From positions 1,963 through 65,962 of the forward strand of contig JAISYM010000085.1 of the NCBI GenBank assembly GCA_031269875.1: a stretch of 64,000 bases of DNA. The letters run 5' to 3'. Both the position numbers and the translations under genes were made by a program. The notes beneath the pieces are model-generated. The model was not told the DNA's origin. It ran no database searches and was given only the letters and a program-made list of their open reading frames with translations. Each line of letters opens with the position of its first letter. Positions within the stretch are counted from its first letter, which is position 1. Source of the DNA: Synergistaceae bacterium. Lineage in GTDB: Bacteria > Synergistota > Synergistia > Synergistales > Synergistaceae. Below are positions 9,057 through 16,757 of this stretch, in pieces.

Positions 9057-9907
9057 ACTTGCCCAAACGCAAAAGAGGACGCCCGCCGGGCATCAGGACC
9101 CGTTCGGAATTCGAGAACCCAAGCCCCAGGACGGCAGATCTGATAAACCGCATGTGCGAGGCGGCGTCTCCCAGGCGTATAACCGCTGCCAAAAGAGATG
9201 CCAAAAACGGCCGCGTCCTCGACCTCACAATCTCGTCCGGCCTCATCGAGGCCCATGTCCAGGGGAAACGCAAGGCGCCTTACGCGGTGCGGATTTATAC
9301 AGTACCCCCCCGCAACGGCGCGCTGGATGACGTAGTGAACCGCCTGCGCGAAAAAGCGAAATACAAGGCCGCCCTTCTGATGGGCGCCTCTCCCGGCGAT
9401 ATCGACGACATATTCAAATCATGCGGCATGGCCTTGTCGCTCCACGGCTTCATGAAGAGCAGAAAGTGGTGTGCCTGCCCCGAACAGGGGGATGTCTGCG
9501 AGCACATCCTGGCGGTCGTCTGCGTGGCCGCTTCCGCGATCGACCGCGATCCCTTCTTGCTGATGCGCCTGCGCGGTTTGGAAAAGGGGGAACTGTTGGA
9601 TATATTGTGCGCGCCGGCCAGCGAAAGAATATCGTTCGCCGGCCGCGAGCCCGTCGCGGACGAACCTCAAAAATACGACGCCGAATCAGAACCGGACGCG
9701 GGTATCGCGCCTCCACGAGCGGACGCCGGTTTTTACTGCCCGCCCGCGCTGCCCGGCGAGCTGAACGCTCTCGAAACCCTGTCTCCGGAGACGCGCCGCC
9801 CCGCCCCTATGCTGGATTTTCCCCTGTGGAGGGGAGACGCGTCGTTCGCCGGCTCGCTCGTTCCTTACTACAAGACGGTCAAAAAATATATCTCGGGCCG
9901 GCGGTGA
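9053..9907 (+). CDS. SWIM zinc-finger protein, translationally coupled to the SNF2 helicase
   Basis: The ATG at 9053 overlaps the SNF2 stop (ATGA). SWIM CxC...CxH signature is CACPEQGDVCEHILAV. The track start at 8810 lies inside the SNF2 gene and is rejected. Confidence 0.7.
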   Translation: MNLPKRKRGRPPGIRTRSEFENPSPRTADLINRMCEAASPRRITAAKRDAKNGRVLDLTISSGLIEAHVQGKRKAPYAVRIYTVPPRNGALDDVVNRLREKAKYKAALLMGASPGDIDDIFKSCGMALSLHGFMKSRKWCACPEQGDVCEHILAVVCVAASAIDRDPFLLMRLRGLEKGELLDILCAPASERISFAGREPVADEPQKYDAESEPDAGIAPPRADAGFYCPPALPGELNALETLSPETRRPAPMLDFPLWRGDASFAGSLVPYYKTVKKYISGRR

Positions 9908-9929
9908 CTCGCGCGGGACACAACCTTGT

Positions 9930-10562
9930 CTATATAAACGCGACCGCGGCTTCCGCGGCGGAGGCAGCGTCCGGAGCATAGCTGTCGGCGCCTATCTGGT
10001 CGCAGAAAGCCTGCGTCACAGGCGCGCCGCCGATCATTATCTTCACCCTGTCCCTGGCGCCGGCTTCCTTGAATGCGTCCACCACGCCCTTTATCTCTCC
10101 CATGGTCGTAGTGAGGAGCGCGGAACAGCAGACGATAGGCACATCATTTTCCTTCGCGGCTTCCACAAACCTGCTCGCGGGGACATCGACGCCGAGATCA
10201 ATCATCTCTATGCCGCGGCCCTCCATCATCATTTTCACGAGGTTCTTGCCTATATCGTGCAGGTCGCCCTTCACCGTGCCGATCACGGCCCTGCCCTTCG
10301 CCTTTATTCCCTCGGCCGCCAGTCTCGGCTTGAGCACCTCTGCGCCCTTGTTCATGGCACGCGCCGCCACCAGAACCTCGGGGACGAATACCTCGTTGGC
10401 CTTGAATTTCGCGCCTATGACTCCCATGCCGGCCAGAAGGCCTTCGTCGAGTATCTTTTGCGGCGGAAGCCCCTCTTCAATCGCTTTTCCGACCAGTTCC
10501 ACCACGACCTTCGCCTTGCCGTTCTGAAGGTTCTCGCTTATCTCGTTCAGGATATCGGCCAT
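9930..10562 (-). CDS. Cobalamin-binding (corrinoid) protein, methyltransferase-cognate type
   Basis: B12-binding DxHxxG motif (GDLHDIGKNLV) with an N-terminal helical cap. The 210-aa size and layout resemble MtbC/MtmC/MttC-type proteins. Confidence 0.85.
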   Translation of the reverse strand: MADILNEISENLQNGKAKVVVELVGKAIEEGLPPQKILDEGLLAGMGVIGAKFKANEVFVPEVLVAARAMNKGAEVLKPRLAAEGIKAKGRAVIGTVKGDLHDIGKNLVKMMMEGRGIEMIDLGVDVPASRFVEAAKENDVPIVCCSALLTTTMGEIKGVVDAFKEAGARDRVKIMIGGAPVTQAFCDQIGADSYAPDAASAAEAAVAFI

Positions 10563-10634
10563 CGTTTCATCCTCCTCGTTCTCATTAATTATAGTATTTA
10601 AAAGTTTTGTGAGTCTATATCCCCGGCACTTCGC

Positions 10635-11165
10635 TCATTGTAGCAGATAACAGCCCGTATAGGTGATCGTCCTGGGGCCGTAGTAATACCCGAGGCCATT
10701 TTTCTCACAGACATCGCTCACCAGGAGCCCGAACGCCTCCATCGACGAGACCGACCGCTCGGGGGCAACACATGGGAAATCGGGATAAGTGCACGCGCCG
10801 CACACAGCGCACGCGCCGTTGCCGAGCGCGAGCATACCCGAATACTCGCCCGCGAGCTCGTCCCTGAAAGAGATGAAAAGTTTCTTCTGACGCTGCCCCG
10901 CCGCTTCCATGGATTCGTAATCGAAGTCGTCTTCCAGTTCTCCCGTGGTCTGTACTATCAGGCCAGTCCGGTACGCGCCCATAGCCCGCGCGTTCTCCTC
11001 GATCGAGCCGCACGCCGGCGGACACCTCCAGTTTTTCCCAAAACGGTTGCATTTATCGGCCCGGCACATGTCGCGCACCTCGCTCCGCGCCCTGAGCGTG
11101 AATGCGTCGAGCAAAGCGGCGTGCGAAAAACCGTATTTAACAGCTCTCGTCACCAAGTCGTCCAT
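10635..11165 (-). CDS. Cys-rich predicted metal-binding protein (DUF2284-like)
   Basis: 176 aa with clusters CRADKCNRFGKNWRCPPAC and CAVCGACTYPDFPC. It sits adjacent to the corrinoid protein. The family call is from memory. Confidence 0.55.
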   Translation of the reverse strand: MDDLVTRAVKYGFSHAALLDAFTLRARSEVRDMCRADKCNRFGKNWRCPPACGSIEENARAMGAYRTGLIVQTTGELEDDFDYESMEAAGQRQKKLFISFRDELAGEYSGMLALGNGACAVCGACTYPDFPCVAPERSVSSMEAFGLLVSDVCEKNGLGYYYGPRTITYTGCYLLQ

Positions 11166-11421
11166 CGCGGCTCCCCTTCAGTTTGAACGAATTTTTCCCG
11201 TTATCGTCATGTTATGTGCTTTCACGACGTATTATATATTAACAGCGTTTTTTACGCTATCGTAAAATTGTATTTCCCCGTATTTCTCGATGTGCCGGCA
11301 AAAAAACGCGCGATAATTGACGCGACATGGGGTTTTGGTGTATTGTGGCATCGTTCGTTGTAAATGGAGAAACGCCCTTTTGGTACCTCGTCGGGAAACG
11401 GATGGATGTGAAAGGACAGGC

Positions 11422-12186
11422 ATGCCGACATTAAAGAATTACTATTTCATTCTGGGAGTCCAAAAAAATGCCTCTCCCGTAGAGATAGAGGCAGCCTACG
11501 AAAGCCATTCGGCAGCCGCGGGTTATGACGCGTTCCAGGCCTCCCTGATGCCGGATGTGACCGAGGCTTACAGGTGTCTCAGCGACCCCGCCCTGCGCAG
11601 GGAATACGACGACTCCTTCGGAGAGCCGCCTCGCGTATGCTCGTCTGGCAATGTCCACAACTTCAAATCGCACGAATCAAGCGTAACCCTCGAGTTGGAG
11701 TTTCAAAAACGCCGCAGGAAGGAAAATTTCCGCGGAGCCGTGCTGAAAAACGTCATCCTGGCGGTGATTTTCCTGGCCTTAGCGGGCGCCGCCATCAATT
11801 ACGGGCCAAAATATTTCCGGGGGAAAAATATCCCGATAAAAACGGACTCCAGCACGGCGATACCCTTGCCGGCGGCTCCCGGATCCGAACCCCGGGCCGA
11901 GCGAGCCGAAGCCGAGACAGACGCCAGGGCCGTCCGTATGGTCGGCGAAAAACCGAAGCCGCGGCCTTACGCCATCCAGACGGGCGGTGTCGTGACGCGT
12001 GACCGGTCCGAATGCAGGGCGAAGCCGTCGGAGACATCGGATATAGTCGCGGTGATGCGGAAGGATACGCCCATATTCGTCACGCAGGAAGTGCGCGGCG
12101 GCGACGGAAGCGTATGGTACTACGTCACGAACTCGCGGTTCAGGGGATGGGTGAACGGCAGGGACGTGAAGGTGCATAAATTTTAG
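11422..12186 (+). CDS. J-domain-like / transmembrane / SH3b-like protein
   Basis: ATG at 11422. N-terminal J-like helices (YYFILGV, EIEAAY, AYRCLSDPALRREYD) lack an HPD tripeptide. One TM helix (VILAVIFLALAGAAINY). C-terminal SH3b-like segment (VWYYVTNSRFRGWVNGRDV). Confidence 0.6.
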   Translation: MPTLKNYYFILGVQKNASPVEIEAAYESHSAAAGYDAFQASLMPDVTEAYRCLSDPALRREYDDSFGEPPRVCSSGNVHNFKSHESSVTLELEFQKRRRKENFRGAVLKNVILAVIFLALAGAAINYGPKYFRGKNIPIKTDSSTAIPLPAAPGSEPRAERAEAETDARAVRMVGEKPKPRPYAIQTGGVVTRDRSECRAKPSETSDIVAVMRKDTPIFVTQEVRGGDGSVWYYVTNSRFRGWVNGRDVKVHKF

Positions 12187-12198
12187 TTCCGGGACACT

Positions 12199-13056
12199 TC
12201 AGGGCAAATTGCCCATATAGATATATTTGAGCCTCGCGCCGGCTATGTCCCGAAACCTCAGCATCAACGCGGGATCAGTGGGTTCCTCGCGATACTGGTA
12301 AGCCGGGAAATACCTCGAGATATGAAGCGGCACGCAGTGAGAGACGCTCGTTATCCACGAGATCATCCGAACGAAATCCCCCTCCGAGTCGCTTATGCCG
12401 GGAACGACCAGGTTCGTCAGCTCTATGTGCACCCCGGCGTCGACGAGGCGTCTTATGTTGCGTTTTACCGTTTCGAGAGAACCTCCGAGCTTGGCGTACT
12501 TCTCCTCGTCGAACGTCTTTATGTCTATATTCATGGCGTCGACGCGCCTTGCGGCCTCCTCACAGAACGCTTCGCCGAACATTCCGTTCGTCACCATAAC
12601 CGTGGCTATGCCCTCTTTTTTCAGGACGGCGGAAGCCTCTACTATATACTCCGCCTGCAGCGTCGGCTCGTTATAGGTGTAGGCCACGGCTTTGAGCGAA
12701 GAACGCTTCGCCATTTCGGCAAGCTGCCAGGGCATGATCACACGCTCCCTGAGATTGCCCAGCGGATGCGCGATGGTATGGTTCTGGCAGAACGGGCACG
12801 TCATATCGCACAGTATGCCGCCCAGCGACAGTATTTGCGTGCCGGGACGCCAGCGGCGCAGGGGTTTTTTCTCTATGGGGTCCACCGCCACCGACACGAA
12901 TCTTCCAAGATGCGGCGACTTGAAGCCTTCGTCGGTATATCTTCTCGCCTTGCAAAATCCCGTGCCGCCCTTTTTGATCCTGCACCCGTGAAAACAGAGC
13001 GAGCACACGGCCGACGCTCCGCCGTCGGCCGGCATCCACCACGCCGGTTCCGTCAT
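12199..13056 (-). CDS. amrS: AmmeMemoRadiSam system radical SAM enzyme
   Basis: Radical SAM CxxxCxxC (CDMTCPFCQN) is preceded by a Cys-rich N-terminus (CSLCFHGC, GFCKAR). It overlaps the upstream AMMECR1 gene by 4 nt. Confidence 0.8.
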   Translation of the reverse strand: MTEPAWWMPADGGASAVCSLCFHGCRIKKGGTGFCKARRYTDEGFKSPHLGRFVSVAVDPIEKKPLRRWRPGTQILSLGGILCDMTCPFCQNHTIAHPLGNLRERVIMPWQLAEMAKRSSLKAVAYTYNEPTLQAEYIVEASAVLKKEGIATVMVTNGMFGEAFCEEAARRVDAMNIDIKTFDEEKYAKLGGSLETVKRNIRRLVDAGVHIELTNLVVPGISDSEGDFVRMISWITSVSHCVPLHISRYFPAYQYREEPTDPALMLRFRDIAGARLKYIYMGNLP

Positions 13057-13598
13057 TCTTCGGGATACCTCCGCACCGAAAAACGCTCCAGGGTGACGCC
13101 ATCCGCGCCGCCGAAGATACCGGCCTTGCGCGAAGCTATCTCTATCTGCGCGTCGACCGTGCCGACGCCGTCAAGATCCGGCAGAAGCACGCCGCGACGC
13201 GCTCCTTTCGAGACGATCACACCCCATTTTTTGACGTCGAGCATGCTTTTGTCGGGGATTTTCTCAGGTTCGCTCAGCACGTCGACCGAGAACACGACAT
13301 TATCCAGCTCGGCTTTTTTCATCGGGGGGAAACGCGGGTCGCGGGTGGAGGAAGACACGGCGTTTTCGATGATCTCGATGTCGAGCGAGGGACGGGCGGG
13401 CAGTATCGTCCCGATACAGCCGCGCAGGTCTCCCGAGAGGGTCTTTATCGAGACGAAACAAGCCCGGCGGATGTTCCAAAGTTCCGCGCTCTTGTCTACC
13501 TCGAGCCCGTTCGCGGGCATGATGCCGCCGCTCAGGTATCGTTCCGCGGCGAGGCGGGCCAACACCACGTAAGGATGATTTTTTTCAATATCCGGCAT
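13053..13598 (-). CDS. amrA: AMMECR1-domain protein (AmmeMemoRadiSam system protein A)
   Basis: 181 aa with the AMMECR1 signature ACFVSIKT...GDLRGCIGT. Confidence 0.85.
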   Translation of the reverse strand: MPDIEKNHPYVVLARLAAERYLSGGIMPANGLEVDKSAELWNIRRACFVSIKTLSGDLRGCIGTILPARPSLDIEIIENAVSSSTRDPRFPPMKKAELDNVVFSVDVLSEPEKIPDKSMLDVKKWGVIVSKGARRGVLLPDLDGVGTVDAQIEIASRKAGIFGGADGVTLERFSVRRYPEE

Positions 13599-13616
13599 AT
13601 CGTTTCGTCGCTCCTT

Positions 13617-14411
13617 TCAGAAGACGGATATGGCGTTGCAGTAACCAACCCCGTACGGCCCTTCGTACGACAGGACGTCGATCTTCCCGCCCAGTGCGGA
13701 CACCATGCCGAGCATCGCCAGCACCGAGCGCATGCCGCATTCCCCCGCGTCTTCGATCGCGCGGCGAGACAGGTCGAAGACCGGCGATGGATCGGCTTTT
13801 TTAAGGGATTCCACTACCGCCGCGTCGAATTTCTCCCCCATCGGGCTGAAACCCGCCGGAGCGCCCGGTTTCAGCCTGTGCGACAGGTCTCCGCTCGCGA
13901 GCAAGCCCCATGTTCTGCCGTCGTCGAAACGGGACATCGCCTCGCCGAGTTTGAACGACATTTTCCTCTCGAGCCCGATGGGACTGGACAGCACGATGTC
14001 GGGCAAAGGACCATATGTATTTCTCAGAAAATAGAGCGGCACCGAGGATCCCTGGTCGTGATCGAGGTCGGCCGAGGTCACCATGCTCACCGGCACGTCG
14101 TCCGCACCAAGAAATTCCGCCAGCGCGTCGACTTTCGGCTGTGGCGTGCGCAGTTCGAACGAAGCGTCGCGCGCCCCGTACATCGCGAGCCCGCCTTTCA
14201 CAACCGGCGAAGTGTTCAGCGCGAACGCGCCCAGCGCGTAAGTCTGGTGCGGCGAGAGAAGCAAAATCGCCTCCGGCTTCCGTTCGCGTACACGTTCCAT
14301 CACTCCCGCGATACCTTCCAGGGTGACCGCGGCCTCCTTCTCGCGCCCACCACCGACCCCCGGAACGATAATGGGCGGGTGCGGCGTCAAAGCGGCCCAT
14401 AACCAAGACAT
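13617..14411 (-). CDS. Memo/LigB-fold protein (class III extradiol dioxygenase subunit B-like) in the AmmeMemoRadiSam protein-B slot
   Basis: 264 aa. TPHPPIIVPG N-terminus, with DHDQGS and ASGDLSHRL motifs. It is the first gene of the three-gene minus-strand cluster. Confidence 0.65.
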   Translation of the reverse strand: MSWLWAALTPHPPIIVPGVGGGREKEAAVTLEGIAGVMERVRERKPEAILLLSPHQTYALGAFALNTSPVVKGGLAMYGARDASFELRTPQPKVDALAEFLGADDVPVSMVTSADLDHDQGSSVPLYFLRNTYGPLPDIVLSSPIGLERKMSFKLGEAMSRFDDGRTWGLLASGDLSHRLKPGAPAGFSPMGEKFDAAVVESLKKADPSPVFDLSRRAIEDAGECGMRSVLAMLGMVSALGGKIDVLSYEGPYGVGYCNAISVF

Positions 14412-14561
14412 TCAATCCACCTCCTGAGAACGTTTTTCATATTATATATAATATAACCACATGTCAGCGGCAAATATACCGAACGCGCGACTTGTCAAAA
14501 AAGACATAATGACGCCGGAGAGCGGCGTGATAAAAATTACTGATGAGCGCGCGAAATTTTT

Positions 14562-15290
14562 TTGAGAGGAGCGATCGGTCTGTTGGAAGCGGGGCGAAAA
14601 ATAAGCGGGGCGATACCCCTTCGGGTCGATTTCGTCCGCAAAGGGATCAAGACCATATATCCCGTTTTGTTGTGCGACGGCGAACATCGCATCCTCGTCG
14701 ACTGCGGGTATCCGGGAGGCCTTCCGCTGCTGGAGCGCGCGTCCGAGGAGGCCGGTATTCCGTTCCGAGAGATCACTGGCGTCATCGTCACCCATCACGA
14801 CTACGACCACTGCGGCACGCTGGCCGACATAAAGGAAAAATATCCCCGCGTCACGACGATGGCCTCGGGGCCGGACGCGCTCGTGATCGAGGGGAAAGAG
14901 AAGTCGGTCCGCCTGCGCCAGACTCAATCCGTCCTCATCTACCTGTCCGAGTTGGAGCGGAGACGGGCCGACGAGATTCGCGCCGAATTCGAGTCCATGA
15001 AGCCCGCGCGTATCGACGCCGTCGTAGAGGGAGGGGACGTGATGCCGTGGTGCGGCGGAACCGAGATAATCGCCACCCCCGGACATCTGCCGGGCCATAT
15101 ATCCATGTTCGTGCGGAACGAGAAGACCGTCATCACCGGCGACGCCCTCGTCGCCCTGCTGGGACGGCTGCATGCCGCCAGCCCGCGGTATTCGTTCGAC
15201 ATCGAAACCGCCAGACTGTCGGCGAAAAAACTGCTGAGCCTCGATGCGGACAGGTTCATCTGCTATCACGGAGGCGTGGTCGACAGGTGA
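14562..15290 (+). CDS. MBL-fold metallo-hydrolase
   Basis: HxHxDH zinc motif (THHDYDHCG) and a later ATPGHLPGH. Start codon is uncertain; the track uses TTG at 14562. Confidence 0.8.
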   Translation: MRGAIGLLEAGRKISGAIPLRVDFVRKGIKTIYPVLLCDGEHRILVDCGYPGGLPLLERASEEAGIPFREITGVIVTHHDYDHCGTLADIKEKYPRVTTMASGPDALVIEGKEKSVRLRQTQSVLIYLSELERRRADEIRAEFESMKPARIDAVVEGGDVMPWCGGTEIIATPGHLPGHISMFVRNEKTVITGDALVALLGRLHAASPRYSFDIETARLSAKKLLSLDADRFICYHGGVVDR

Positions 15291-15342
15291 AAAATATCCA
15301 AGCTGTATCTTGGGTTTGAATCGCCTGCTCCGCAGCCGTTTT

Positions 15343-16581
15343 TTAATTCCATAGCGCGGCTATAGGGACTGCTAGGATATCCTTCGCCAAAGGTAAAGTA
15401 TTTTCTCCGGAATACAAGACGATACCGCGAAAGGGTTTTTTAACGTTCCCTTTAAACCAATTCAAGTGTTTACAGTCGCTCTGGCTGACCATTGAACCGG
15501 CTTTGACTTCTATCCCTAAAATTGCCCCCTGACGATTTTCCACAATAAAATCAATTTCCCGTTTCGCCCGGTCTCGGTAATGAAAAAGAGAATACTCATA
15601 GCCTAAGCTAGTTTCAGAAAACAGTTGGTTATACACAAGCGTCTCAAAAATCTTGCCGCTGCGGTCAGAGTCGAGAAAAACATCGTCAAGCCGCCAATCC
15701 AAAAGCGAGGCCATTAAGCCCGTATCGGTGGTAAAAAATTTATCACGTTTGCCAACCCGATCATAATCGGTTTTTCTCCACGACGGAACCTTTTGAAAAA
15801 GATACAATGCCGCGAGCGCATTGATATAACTTGAAAGCGTCGGTTTGGTTATGTTTAATTTAGCACAAATCGAATCAGTATCAAGATATTTACTCGACCA
15901 AGCGGCAAGAACGCCCAATAATTCTCGCAAGGTTTCTTTTCTTCTGATATTGGCGACATCTCTAAGGTCACGGGCAAGCAGAGTGCGAGCATAATCAAGA
16001 TGCCAGCCCGTCCTCTCGTGCGCGTTAAAAAAAAGCGGTTCAGGGTATCCTCCTATAAAGGCCAGCTCTATCACACGTTTCTTGTCATAGCCTTTAATTT
16101 GCGCGGGCCAGCCTTCGCCAAAAGCCCTGTCTAAAAATGAAGGATTGCGCTCCAGCGTTTCGCCGATTGAAAGAGGGCGCAGTTCAATGTTTTTCACTCG
16201 TCCGGCTAGGCTTTCCGTTATTTCAGGGTTTTTTTGGAAATCGCTGGAGCCGGTCAGCAAAAACTGACCGGGAGAGCTGTCTTCATCTACAACTCTTTTA
16301 ATGGCCGTGATTAAAGCCGGGACTTTTTGGACTTCATCTATTACCGTCGCTCCCGTTGACGCGCCCCGATGGTGTTTCGCAAAGCCTAACGGATCACTCG
16401 AGGCTGTCTTGAGTAAGGCGTCATCGTCAAGCGTCAGGAAAGTGTCGTTACTTTGAACCATTTGTTTTACGAGTGTGGTTTTTCCGCATTGCCGTGGGCC
16501 GGATACCATTACCACTCGCCTTGTCTTTAAGGCTTGCGTAATCGTATTGGCTTGCCAGCGAGGGTATATTTTTTTTGCCAT
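15343..16581 (-). CDS. P-loop ATPase with C-terminal DUF4143-like (PD-(D/E)xK-like) domain
   Basis: The ATG at 16581 (MAKKIY) is 6 nt after GAGAGGA. Walker A is GPRQCGKTT and Walker B-like is VIDEVQ. C-terminal block is REIDFIV...GIEVKAG. The gene is visibly less GC-rich than its neighbours. Confidence 0.8.
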   Translation of the reverse strand: MAKKIYPRWQANTITQALKTRRVVMVSGPRQCGKTTLVKQMVQSNDTFLTLDDDALLKTASSDPLGFAKHHRGASTGATVIDEVQKVPALITAIKRVVDEDSSPGQFLLTGSSDFQKNPEITESLAGRVKNIELRPLSIGETLERNPSFLDRAFGEGWPAQIKGYDKKRVIELAFIGGYPEPLFFNAHERTGWHLDYARTLLARDLRDVANIRRKETLRELLGVLAAWSSKYLDTDSICAKLNITKPTLSSYINALAALYLFQKVPSWRKTDYDRVGKRDKFFTTDTGLMASLLDWRLDDVFLDSDRSGKIFETLVYNQLFSETSLGYEYSLFHYRDRAKREIDFIVENRQGAILGIEVKAGSMVSQSDCKHLNWFKGNVKKPFRGIVLYSGENTLPLAKDILAVPIAALWN

Positions 16582-16610
16582 GTCGTGTCCTCTCAAATCA
16601 AGTGTTCAGC

Positions 16611-16705
16611 GCTATTTTACACCGTTAATGGCGTTTGATAAAATAGAATGCCGGCGAATGATAAAATAGCAACATGGCGTTTTGTAAAATAGAATATTGG
16701 CGAAT
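16611..16705. promoter_or_regulatory. Iterated motif array upstream of the DUF4143-type ATPase gene
   Basis: Two 32-nt direct repeats share 27/32 identity: atggcgtttgataaaatagaatgccggcgaat at 16628..16659 and atggcgttttgtaaaatagaatattggcgaat at 16674..16705, 46 nt apart. A third TAAAATAG lies between them and an inverted copy lies at 16612..16619. Confidence 0.5.
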
Positions 16706-16757
16706 CTATAATTTCAACGCTGGCGACGATATTTTGCGGTTTATAGCCGGTAACGGT

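Noticed and set aside
12322-13572. A 416-aa plus-strand ORF spanning two genes. Similar long antisense ORFs occur at 272..1135, 4251..5093, 7971..8888, 13575..14402, 14442..15269, 18651..19724, 20273..21064 and 27965..28753, and at their mirror copies.
   Set aside because: These are shadow ORFs typical of GC-rich DNA. Their translations are Arg/Pro/Gly/Ala-rich and low-complexity with no recognisable motifs. Each lies antisense to, or out of frame with, a gene that has strong family signatures.
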